Shown here one piece after another: positions 1 to 12,300 of a DNA stretch of 64,000 nt (positions are counted from its first letter, which is position 1; the number at the start of each line of letters is the position of its first letter). Source of the stretch: Phoronis australis (Eukaryota; Animalia; Phoronida); the NCBI GenBank assembly GCA_002633005.1, contig NMRA01000010.1, positions 1,460,982 through 1,524,981 of the forward strand. Reading direction: 5' to 3'. The notes beneath the pieces are model-generated. The model had not been told where the DNA came from. It did no database searches and saw only the letters and a list, made by a program, of their open reading frames with translations. A program made the translations under genes and the position numbers.

Positions 1-70
1 CATTGTTTTTATTAATACGTGTTAATGCGGTTTATTGATTTAATCTGAATTTTGCACATGTTTGTTGTAG

Positions 71-391
71 TTGCCGAACGAGTTGCTGCTAAAAAGGATC
101 ACGTGCTGTCGAATGCCTCACTCACCGTTATTCAGTGCAGTCCAGATGATGAAAGCGAGGCGGAGGAAATGAGTTCAGAAGAGGAAGACTCTTCGTCTGA
201 CGGAGACTATCAGCAGACAGAGCAATTGCCCATGACCGCAATTCGCGTAACTAACTTCAATCCTGAAACACCAGATGAGACGTTGGTTTTATTCTTTGAG
301 AGCCCAAAAAGGTGTGGTGGTGGAGAAATTTTACGTATCCGAGTTAATGAAGAAAGAACTGTGGCTGTTATTGATTATGGATCAGTGGAAG
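71..391 (+). CDS. PARP14: PARP14-like exon: end of upstream RRM, acidic linker, RRM-like repeat
   Basis: ttgtag|TTGCC...GAAG|gtaagg; IRVTNF...LFFESPKRCGGGEI motif. Confidence 0.85.
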
Positions 392-3300
392 GTAAGGCTA
401 TTTTTTCAATTCTCTTTGTTCTGGAAATTTGAGCTCTAATTTACTTGAATATTGTCCGCTATGATAGTTTGTTATGTTTTCATTCCAAATGAACATCTGT
501 TACTTTAATCAGTTGCTGAAAGGGTTGCTACCACCTCCGAGTTGATAGTAGACCGGTCCTTGGTTGCCGTAAACGCATGCTGTCCAGACGTTTCCGTGGA
601 ACCGATTTCGTCTGAAGCTGGACTTGCTGTGGATGTTTCTGGCTTTAAACCGTCATCACCTGAAGAAATGATCAAACATTTCTTTGAAAACAAGAAGAAA
701 TCTCGAGGTGGTCCAATTCTTTCAATGAAACTCCTTGAAGATGTCGACCCAAGGACATACAGAATTGTGTTCCAGAAGTCAGATGGTACGTTTAAGTCTA
801 CATGTGTCACATTTTGTAGCGTGTACTTTTCATTCCGTAGTATTCCTCACGCAGAATTACAAAAACTTATTATGGAAAGACTGCCTTTAGCCACCTGTTT
901 ATTTAAAAGCATTATTTTGTAGAGAGGGCGTTTTCATGTAATCCTTGTGTTACCATTGATCACCTACAAGTCAATTAAAATACTTCACAATTACAATGTA
1001 TTGTGTAATAGGTTCGTTTTTTTGTTTTAGACGCAATCCGTGTTTTGAAGAAGAAAAACCTTAAACTAGGTTCCGCAGAATTGATTGTCGCTGTTGCTAG
1101 CGACGCCGGACGGAGCCAAGCCCACACTTGTGCAACCTCAGTGATGCAGTCTGAACACCCAGAGCAAGCGCAACCTGTAACAACAATTAGAATCAGCGGT
1201 CTGCCTAAGGATACGTCACATGATCTCCTAGAGAATTTTTTCGAAAACAGACGCAAATCTGCAGGCGGAAAAGTCAACAAGGTTGAGCTAGATGAAGTCA
1301 ATCAAACTGCATTAGTGACGTTTGCTGACCCTTCAGGTAGGTCTTCGAAAACATTTCCTTAACTGGATGTTATTGGACTTTACCTGAATTGAGTGTATCT
1401 AATATTAATAGTCAGTTCGGTTGATTTGATTTTGATATTTGGCTCTTCTGGACCTCCTTTATGACAAGGTGCACTCGTTTCAGCTGCGGACAGGGTCTAC
1501 CAGAACCGTTTTTCCCTGAAGCTGAATAAAACTCCTATTGACGTAGAGCTTGTCCAACCGCCCAAACCGAAAAAGAAGTTACCATTGGACCCCTATAAAG
1601 TGGTGGTCAGTAACATTCCCGAAGACGCTAGCTCTGAACTACTATTAAACTACATGGAAAACAGGACACGGTGTGACGTCAGTGCTATTCGCTACGGAGA
1701 AAAGCCAGGCTTGGGGATTGTGATTTTTGAACAAGTTCCAGGTAAGACGAGTGTTGTGGTGCGGTTTTCTTTAAAAGGGTGTGAAATTTACTCTGAGTCG
1801 GAGGATTCGAATCAACCATAGTTATTGTTTTACAATTTCACAAAGAAACTGTCTGTGTGATGATAAATAATTTGCGCATTTATTAAAATAAACTTTTATG
1901 CCCGTTACTTTTATTATTTTCTTTTTTCTTGATTAACACAAACGTTATACCAAAACCGTAAGTAACACTTAAGTGTTTTCGATGTCGCGTGTGTCGGTCT
2001 GGTGCATACGAGTTCACTGCAGTTGTTCATAGAAGTGCAGTGTAATGGCTCTCTGGAATGTTCGGGTGAATCCGGGAGTCACTGATGGAACACGCTTTGA
2101 CTTAGTACAGCGGCAGATTTTGTTGCAACGTAACGTACATTGCACTCGTTCCGAAATACATGTATGTGAGTTCATTTTAATCGCCGCTGTTCTAACAACG
2201 CGCATGTGAATCCAGATGTCCTGCGGATGCTTGTACACGCTGCAGATTTTAAAGCCTATCTTCAACGGAAACGCATGTAAATTTGGTTCCTACAGTATGT
2301 TAAGACTATCGCTCTGAGCCCCCTAGTCCCATAAATTGCTAAATGTAACGAACTGTTAGGTGTATTGGATTGCTTTTGTCTACGTCACCGCGAGAATCAC
2401 CTTTTAATTCAAACAACTGCGAAACACACCCGCACGTAATGGTGTTCTATTCAGACCCCTATTCAATACAACCTTTTGTTGTTTGTGATAGGATCTCGCG
2501 GTGAGTCAGCCTGGCTCGAAAAGGCAGCTTTACTTATCATTTGACGGGCTTACACTTTCGCGATTGAACTCGCGTTTTCTTATTTTACTAGGGCTGTACC
2601 AGGACTCCCTGGTTAGCCTAAAACAAAATTCCGTCGAAGTTAGGCTTAAATTTAGTATCTCGTCTTCTTTTGCCGTAAAATTCACAACAACAATTAGTAG
2701 GCACTGGTATGAGCGAATGCAGTGCACTCATTCTTAGCAATCCACGGGAAACTAGATCGTAAGCTCGTTGCATAGATATCGATAGATAGACGTACGCATT
2801 GATTTATCTGTTTTTCTTTATTACAATAAAGATAACGGCAAATATCGGTAGTGGGCTATTGTGCACCAAAGGTTCGGTATCCGTGCAACCTACATGGTGT
2901 ATATTGTTATATCCAACAAAGACGCAACAAAGGAAAACAATGGAAGTTCCCACAGGCGATAACCTTGCGACGTTCTTAGCCCCGACGCATGGACTCGCAA
3001 ATTGAACAATACCTTGCGACCTCCACACGACGTGATTTGGCATAGAGCCGCCTCTACCATTATTGTGCTGTCACAAATGCAAATGAATGCATTTTTTCTC
3101 AAAACAATAATTTTGCATTTCATAAAAACGACCTATGTTAACTTGGTTCATTATCACGTGCAGACGTCCCTACGCTACGCCAAGCTTGCACCCAGAAGCC
3201 TTTACAGAAGTCAGTGCTTCAGATCGAGCCAGTATATCTGACAGACTCCATACAGGTCCACAACCTGCCTCCCAACTGTACAGAAGATACTCTGGAGAAT

Positions 3301-6300
3301 TACTTTGAAAATAAAAAGAAAAGCGGGGGAGGAGAGGTAGAGAAAGTGATCATTTTGCGAAATGGGAAAGTGGCTGTGACTACGTTTGCTGATCATACAG
3401 GTGTGTTTTTTGAATGCAGCTGAAGAACATTAATGGTTCTGTTATCGTAGAATACTCTTGTTTGTCCTACATACTGAGCTGTAAACTCTGCAAAAATAAC
3501 AAAAGAAAACGGGAATGTTTACCTAACGTTATGGTTGAGTCAATCATCTCTATTCAGCAAATGCAATCAAACACACAAGCGTGTTCTGTAGTGTCCCCAT
3601 CGCATTTTCTTGCCGAATCGTTAGCTGCAATGTACCACGGTCGAAAGGTACTTCATGTTCAGGCTTACATTGGGAGATGGATAAAGCATCAAGTGTTCTC
3701 GGCAGTTGTTTGTTGTGACATTTAGCGCCTCTCGGAGTGACAATTCCTCCAAATCCGACGGAAATGACGACTTCACTATGTCGATATACATATCAAATAG
3801 TCTTTCGAAAATGTGTCTGCTAAAATACGTGGGGTCGCTGGGATTCCTTCGATCTTTTTAGTAACACCTGTTTATAACTCACAATTGGTTTTTTCATGTA
3901 CCAGGCCACCGGCCTAATCTCTTACAAAGGACTTTTCTCTCTTTTTAAAACGGTAACGTTATAGCAGATTGGTTAAAATAGAAATTCTTCATACTCGTGA
4001 TGCTGCAACAGCAGTTGTTACTAAAAACGTTAGTTGCTGAAAAAGTCAGTGGAACCCTGATAGCTGAAGAGATTTCATAAGATGTACAGTGCGAATGATT
4101 TTTTCAACCCTCTTGTGAAATAGAATGTGCCATTTCAGCTCTAGTTATCGTGTCATGCTTTCCACTCCAATTAAAACTGGCAATGGCAAAACATCAAGCA
4201 AATGAACCAGCGTAGGTATCAATTTAGACTTAATTACAGTAATTCTGTGAAGAGCTGTTAATAGTCTTCTGCACGAGGTACTTAATTTCTTTTTCAATTT
4301 TCGTTATTTTTGTTATAGTTTAGTTAGTAATATTTAGGTCAATCGGCACTAAAATCAATTTCCAAAAAGGGAAGCGTGACAGTAGTCAAGAATATTCATT
4401 ATTTGAGCATAGACGAGAATTACTAAACTTTTTTGTTCCAATCCACACACAGTGAGTCCCGAAAATTTTTGAAATAGGTCTAGAATTTTAAGTGATCTTT
4501 TCAAAATCTCATTTTGAGACGTCCAGGTAGAGCATCGTGTTACCTGCATATTGCATTTTTCATGTTTGTTACAGTTGTGCAAAGAGTCATTGAAAAGAAA
4601 CACGAGGTAAACAAATGCATTCTCAAGGTCTGCGAGTATTACGAACAATTTGGATTTAGACATCCCGACGATGATACGTCTAAGCCTGTCGCCAGAATTC
4701 CAGATGATGCTGTGGTGGGACCTTTTGATGTTTGTATTGTAAAGTTCGTTGATTCCAGTCTGGAATGTCGTCAGTTGTTGGACAACGACTTAAAAAGGCA
4801 CCACGGTCAAGTGAATTGGGAGGCAAGCACATCGGACAGTCTTGCCGTAACATGCTTTTTATCAAGCTCTGAACAACTTGCAGAGATGACCATTGCTTGG
4901 GAAAATGTTGTCACAGAAGCTGCTCGCAATTTCTTCGCTAACTACAGCACGGAAATCATTGACGTCCTCCAGGACATTTGGACTGATCTTTTGGAAAGAC
5001 TGGCTGCACATGTGAACGAAAAATTGCTTATTGAGACTAGTGATGAACGAAACTCCATACGGTTGACTGGTGTAAAAAGCATCGTTGACGAAGTGTTAAA
5101 TAAAGTCAATGAAGACAAAAAGGCACTGGAAGAGGAATTCAATCGAAAGTCACAAGAGGTCACGGAAACTGTAACAACCCTTAAAGACTATGAGCTTCTG
5201 TTCTTGCAAGAAATGAAATTTGACGTGTCTGGTTGTAAGTGTGAGATAGACGTTAAGAAGAAGCACATCCAATTCATTGGAATACCTTTAGATGTCAACA
5301 AAGCAAAAAGTGACATGTACGAAATTCTTCGAAACTTGACCTCGGAGAAAGTTGGTTCAACACCTGCATTACTTCTCGTGCTGAAAACTCCGGAATGCAC
5401 TGAATATATCTATTCACAGTTCCGTACATCAAACGTCGCCGCTTCGTGGACAACCACAGGTAACGACATCAATGTCTTTGCGTCTGACAAGAACGTGTCA
5501 AAAAAAGCAGCACAGATAATGAGTCGGGAGCTCAGTGAAGCAGTGGTCCCTGTTCAAGCCGAGTCAAAACCGTTGCTTACTGGTTCCCAGTGGCAAAGTG
5601 TCAAAGAATCACAGTTAATGCAGTACCGGGGATGTTTGGAAATCGTTGAAGACAGCGACTTAACACAGCTTACTATCGCTGGAACTAGGTCGGTGACAGC
5701 CAATGTCCGCGAAGTTGTACAAGATTTCTTCGAATCAAATACAATTTACGAAAGAAAAGTCCGCTTGAGCAGTGGTAAGTTCCGCTTCATGGAACAGTAT
5801 AACGACACAGGGATCATGCAAATTCAAGAATCGTTAAAGACGCATTACGTTGGTATTCGTTTTCAGGCTGACAGTACATCCATTGTTATTAAAGGAACAA
5901 ACACAGGCGTAGAGTTGTCCTTCAGAAAAATAAGCGATTTGATGGGCAAAGTTCTTTGTAAAAACATCGAGGTAGCTGAACCCGGAATGGATGAATTCTT
6001 CAATTGCCAACGCGGAAAATCATTTTTGGAAACTGTGGAAAGAAAAAACAAATGCATCATTGTAATCGGTGAAGATGATGTTTGCGACGAAGAGTCACAG
6101 GGTGCCATGCAACAACATAAGGACACCGCTGATGTGATGTGCCAAGTTAACAAATATGGAAAAACCTTTAAAGTCATTCAAGGAGATATGACCAAACATA
6201 AAGTGGACGTGATCGTGAATGCTGCAAATGGGGAATTGAAGAATGTAGGTGGGCTGGCACTGGCCATTGTGAAGCAAGGTAAGTTTTGTATTATATCTTT

Positions 6301-9300
6301 TCCCTTTTTCTTTCTTGGCTCTCATTAACTCTTGTTTCGTACGTAACAATGTTTCATCCTCGCCAAAACAGCAATTGCAGTGACTTACAGAACCATTTTG
6401 ATGCCGGTTATTCAGTGTAGAAAACTGGTTCTCAAAATGCGAGAATCCTCTAAGTGACTATTACCTCCGAAACTGTAATCCTTATGGCCAGTAACTGATA
6501 TTTAGCCTTTGTTAACATGAATAACAGGTTCCATTCATCAACTATTTCATTCAACTATTTCTAGGTGGAAATTGTATACAAGAGGAATGCAACGGAATTA
6601 TCGAGCAACGGGGAACTGTGCTGCCAGGGAAAACTGCTACAACTGGGTCCGGAAACCTTCCTTGTAAAAAAGTAGTTCATGTAGTAGGGCCTCAGTGGTC
6701 GGGCGGAAATCGTAACGAAACTAACTATTTGTTCCAAGGAGTTATAAATGCACTAAAGGCGACTGAGAAAGGAAGTTACAAGAGTTTAGCTATACCAGCA
6801 GTTGGCGCTGGTATCTTTGGGGTTCCGTTAAAGGTTTCCACTCTGACAATCGTTGAGGCTGTCGTCGACTATTTTACTAACAACCAACAGTCCGTCATCC
6901 GAGAGGTCCATTTTCTTGACAACCAGATGGGAACTGTGCAGGAATTTGCAAAAGCAGTTAAATTGAAAATTGGGCTACCGTCTTCGACGTCGTTTGCAGG
7001 AGCTACTATGCTACCAAAAGGTGGGTATTGGGCAAACTGCTTAACCATAATTCTGTACGTCAAAAGCCTTACACACAGTCTATTGAAACCAATGGGTGGT
7101 CAGGTCAATTGCACGACCTATTTGCAAAGTAGTTTCTGTCATATATACATAGATACTTATGTCTGACAACAGTTTGGTCTTCCCTGTGTTTTAGGTGGCC
7201 AATATGGGATGCAGGGCTAATCAGTCGCTCCAGGCATTCAAAAATAGAGCATCACGGGGTTATTTTTCTGATATTAAACTGGGCTAAAGAATAGTAGCTA
7301 GTTTCATTAAGAATTTGTCTATTTCTAGTTGTGAGCCGTCCGCCAATGCCATCTCCAGTCGGGCAGACAAAGCCCAACACGATAACGACGCGTTCGGGTG
7401 TGGTAATTAAGATGGTAAAAGGCCAGCTTGCGCATCAAATGGTAACTCGTTCGTTATTTTAAGAGATAGTCAGTACTCTCAATATGATTTAGTTTTCCTT
7501 CTACAAAATTCCGATTCACTAAAACTTGCAGATAACATCAAATTCAAATAAAGGAACTTTTAAGTTCCGTTTGTTTTTAAAAAATGAAAAACATTAAAAT
7601 CTGAGGCTCCTACAGGTTTACCGTAGAGTTTTGCAATTTTTTACGTTGAGATGGGGGTGTTTTGCTAGTTAATGCTATTATTTTTCTGATTTTACGGAAT
7701 TCTCTTCCCCCGCACTCCGCAGTAAAGCCAAGTATCACCCAAATTATCCTGAAGGTAAAAAACCAGACATTTCTAAAAAAATTGGAGGCCAATTTCATTG
7801 TGCAATATAAATTACAAATTCTTGTCGACCAGTGTTGATGAACGCCCTACTTTTGTCGTGTTTTTTCATTATTGCAGGTAGGTTTATTGGTGATCAGTGA
7901 TCTTTTCTACGTATCTGACCAACTGAATATTCCAGGTTTGCTGGTCATCTTGGACTTTGAGAAGGCGTTCGACTCCGTCTATTGAACTTTTGTATAAAAA
8001 GTGTCCTTTTTAGTTTTGGTCAAAACATCAAAAAGTGGGTTCTGTTGCCTAATAAGATAGCTATGATCTGTGCAATTCATTGTGATTCACGACTTCCCTT
8101 TGTTTCCTTATCTTTTTAAATCTGTGCTGAAACAATAGGAATTGTGTACAGATCATATATAATATCAAGGGAATGCAGATTTACTGGATAAAAAAGGGTT
8201 TTCTGCTGTCAAAAAAACAAAAAAAATTAAGGAAATGAAACCAGTTCCGACTGTTCGTGTATTCAACCTCACAGTTGATTGAAAAATCGAGGCCACCTAA
8301 TATTTTGTTTCGTTTGTACTCACGGTGTGATGTTCAACATTTTTGGAACGTTATAGAAAACTAGGTCAAAAACATTATCTTTTAATTCTCTGGCTACCAA
8401 AACTGATGCAGTTCTATTTGACAACAGATGTAGAAAACACTCAATGAAAATCTAATTCTGTAAGACAGTCTTTGTATGCTCAACGTATATAAACAATGCT
8501 TCAGGGATAAAACTCCAAATTAAACTGCAAAGCAAAATTAAATCTGTATTGGTTTTCCTGGAACCACTTTCATTGAAAACCTTAGAGTTCCAGACCTATA
8601 TGGAGTGGAAACGTAAAAAATATAAAATAAAGGGAATGGGGCTGCTGATCTTTTTTGCGAAATTGCGTATTTTAGATTATATGATAATATTTAACAGTGT
8701 TTTTACACATCTCATGTAGGCTGACGTGATAGTCAACACAGTTGGGGCCCATCTCGATTTGTCTCAAGGAGCTGTCTCGAACTCGTTATTTCAAAAAGCC
8801 GGCATCCAGCTTCAACAGGAGTGCAGTTCCCGCTACCCCAACGGTATTAACTACGGTGAAGTGCTGGAAACACAGGGGTATAACTTGCCATGCACATGTG
8901 TTTACTATATCGTTGCCAAACCGTTTGGAAAAAGTGACACGGAAAAGGTAAGGCACCCGGCTTCCAGTTACTGTATTGAGTTAAACTTTTCAATAAAAAT
9001 TCGGGTTTATGAGTTTTATTAAAACCGTCACGAACAGACTTTTACAAAATTGATATTGCTACCGAAACTTAGTATGACAATATTTTTTGGTCAAATTAAA
9101 CGACGTTTCCTGTCTACTATTGTACCTTAGGATAATATTTGATCGATATCGAAACGCCGCATTCAAGTTGTATTCTAGCGTCGTTTTTTGTATTCCACTT
9201 TAGTGCGATGAATTACGCAAGTGAAAATTGAAATCAAGCCTTCTCAATGGCCTGTTGTCGTTGTACTATTCTGTTAATCGTGATCCAGTTGCTTCAGAGA

Positions 9301-12300
9301 CAAATGAACAGTTTTGGTAATAAATGATACTTTCTTACATTTGCCTTTTTCTCAGAAATGAGAGAATCCATTGTTGTTGTGTTCTTTGCCGGTTAAGCTC
9401 TTCGTGTGCCACAACTCAGAGAAAATGTTTACTGAGTTTGCAAACCTGCGGTGCACAGAATCAGTCAGTTTCGAATATCTTGTATCAAGCCTGCTTTGAT
9501 CTTAGTACACAGAGTTTAAGCTTTATGTTAATATTAATTTACAGTGCTTTCGTTCAATGATTCGCAATTGCTTGAAAAAAGCCGAGGCCACAGGGTTTGG
9601 ATCCATAGCCTTTCCTGCGATTGGTACTGGTATTCTTGGTTATAAGAGAGATTTTGTTGCTCGGGTGATGTTTGAAGAGTTTACGAAATTCAGCGACCAG
9701 TCTCCTCGTCACCTTAAGGACTTACGTGTGGTAGTCTACGATAAAGACCTGCCGACCTGTCAAGTGAGTGGATTCGTTAATGATACATGTACCATGTTTC
9801 GTAAATTAAATGTATGCTTGCACAGTTAGACACGGGATGTGTTTCCGCACTTATTGAAACTCATTCTTGTTTGTTACTTACCCGTGGAAGTGGAAGAAAG
9901 CAGATTGTTTTCGTAATCCAATCGCTTTGTACCGTTGAATAATCTTTCTTTTGATTGAATAATGGGCGCTTTCCTCGGAAGGAGTTTTTCATTTATACTA
10001 TAATTTTAGGCATTTGAGGCTGAAATTGGTCGACGTGCGGGCAGTGGGGGAAGTATTGGCTCTAAGCGCCATGGTGTATCTTCGCAAACATCCCAGATTG
10101 CAGGTGAACAAAACATTTTATGTCTAACTCCCTTTGATTGTAATCGATACGTATGACTTGCGATGTCTATATTTTTATGCAAATTATCACTGGAGGCAGC
10201 GGACGCTATCACTCAGTCCAGAAATCAGCAATTCAACATGCGAGTCTTGAGGTTATGTGGATTTTCCGGCATGAAGACAGATATTAGTTAAGCAATATTT
10301 TGTGTCTGTGCCTTAACGTATAATAGCCATGGTGCAATCGTAGGGAAATCGAGAGCATTTCAAAACTGTATTGGGATGAAAGTTTTTATTTCGTCTGTGT
10401 TTCAAAAACAGTGAATGTGATGATTTTTGCTCAAATTGTTGCATTATTCAAAGTGGATAACTCTGAATTTAGCATCCCAAAGAAGAACGTACCAACTGTC
10501 GTTATAAAAGATACTTGTACAGGTGCCGTTTTAACGATTTCCATCGTTTTCAGCAGCGTCTTCTGTTACCATCGGAGGCATATCAGTGCGCGTATTTCAA
10601 GGGGACATAACAAAACAAGCCACGGATGCAATTGTCAATCCAAGTAACAGCGATCTGAATTTGTCGATGGGTATGTTTGATATATGCAAATTTACACATC
10701 GTGTCCTTTTACAGAGAAAAACAGTGAGAACGAAATGCGCTTGTTCCTTTATAGTCTCTTCAAATAGGTCGCGCTTCAGTGATATATATATGTATATGTA
10801 TATGTATATATATATATCACTGAAGTCCCAAGTGCACATTAGTGTAATATTTGAAAATCCTCCTCGGACGCTGCTCACAGTAGGCTTTCAAAATTTTTGC
10901 GTTACATTTACTTGTACTTTCGAGGAAATGCCTTGGTGGAAATAACTTACCATTTCTCTTGTAAAAGGTTCATTGATTCATTTAGTTTGCTTATTTTTGC
11001 CCTGTGATTAGTTTTCCTGCCAGCCTAGACTATTTTTGGTTGTAGGTGGCTGCATGCCTGTCTGTTAAGGTTGTTCACGTATTTTGCAGAGATTTTGTGG
11101 TTAGTCTATGTTAGATATGTTAAATATTTTACGTAGAAAATAAATGTGAAACTAAATAAGGCGATCCAGATCCTCCGAAGGATACTATTGTTTCACGAAA
11201 AGTAGAATATAAGTAGGTAAATAAAACAACAAGAATGGATCACCTGAAATTCGAAATTTTCTGATGTAACTACTTCCTTTTTCAACAGAAACAAAGGAAG
11301 TTGCTACATCCGAAAATTTCAAATTTCAGTTGATCCATTCTTGTTGTTTTATTTACCTACTTAAATATTTTAGAAATTAAAATATAACTTGTACAAGGTC
11401 CCAAATGCAGTTTGATTTCGTACGCCACTTATAGCATACTGTAAGACCGTTGTCAGGTGTCTTGTTGGTCTTCACAAAAACGTCTCAGTGGTATGAAATA
11501 AATTCATAATCTATCTTTTTGTTACATTTCAGGTCAGGTTTCCGCTGCTATTGTGTCGGCTGGGGGTGACGCGATCGTGGAAGAATGTCGGAGAAAAGGT
11601 AAATCTCGTATTCATAAAGAGGCCAGGCAAAGGTTTTGATAATTGCAAAAGAAAAAAAAACATTAGCTGGTAAACTACATAATGGATGTTGTAAACATAA
11701 CTATATAATAAGTACGCACAATTGCAGTGCGCAAATCGACCCACGAACTGAAGAGATTTCGATGATCACATCTACAAAACGTTTTCAAAATTAAAGTTGT
11801 AAATTAAAATGTCCGATGCAGGTTTGCGGCATACATATAACTGGAAACAGTAGAAGTCTAGCAAGTTACAGTCTTAGCTCATAAAGCACTCAGTCAATTA
11901 TCGACAGGTCTGAGTATTAAGGTTGTAATTAAACTATGGAAAGTATACAAAGTATATGTGATACCCAAAAGTAGAGTGCTTGTAGGATTTGATTATTAGA
12001 ATTAAACAAAAAGAAAAGAAAGCACATTCAAAGGTTGACCAAATTTCGTTTCATACTGTATGTATATCTCCAAGCTGAAGTCTCAAAAACGGTGCTCTTC
12101 CGTTTTATGCGACTTATAATTTGATAGTTCTGCATGCCACAGGTGGAAGAGCGTTTTCCTTATACTTTGTAAAATTTCATTTCAATCCATTTATCATCTC
12201 TGATATTAGTCCGGGAGCCAAATGCTGTTTTTTTACTTAACCTGGATTTGCCGGATAAAGCTTTTTCTTTGCTGTTTCATGTAGCCTGGGCAAAGTTAAT

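Noticed and set aside
7195-7220. Possible micro or terminal exon GGQYGMQG* after macro 1
   Set aside because: Good acceptor but no canonical donor and an in-frame stop; exons 7020 and 7329 already join in frame.
10551-10556. NAGNAG tandem acceptor
   Set aside because: Real but would change only one residue in a linker; it leaves the exon start uncertain by 3 nt.
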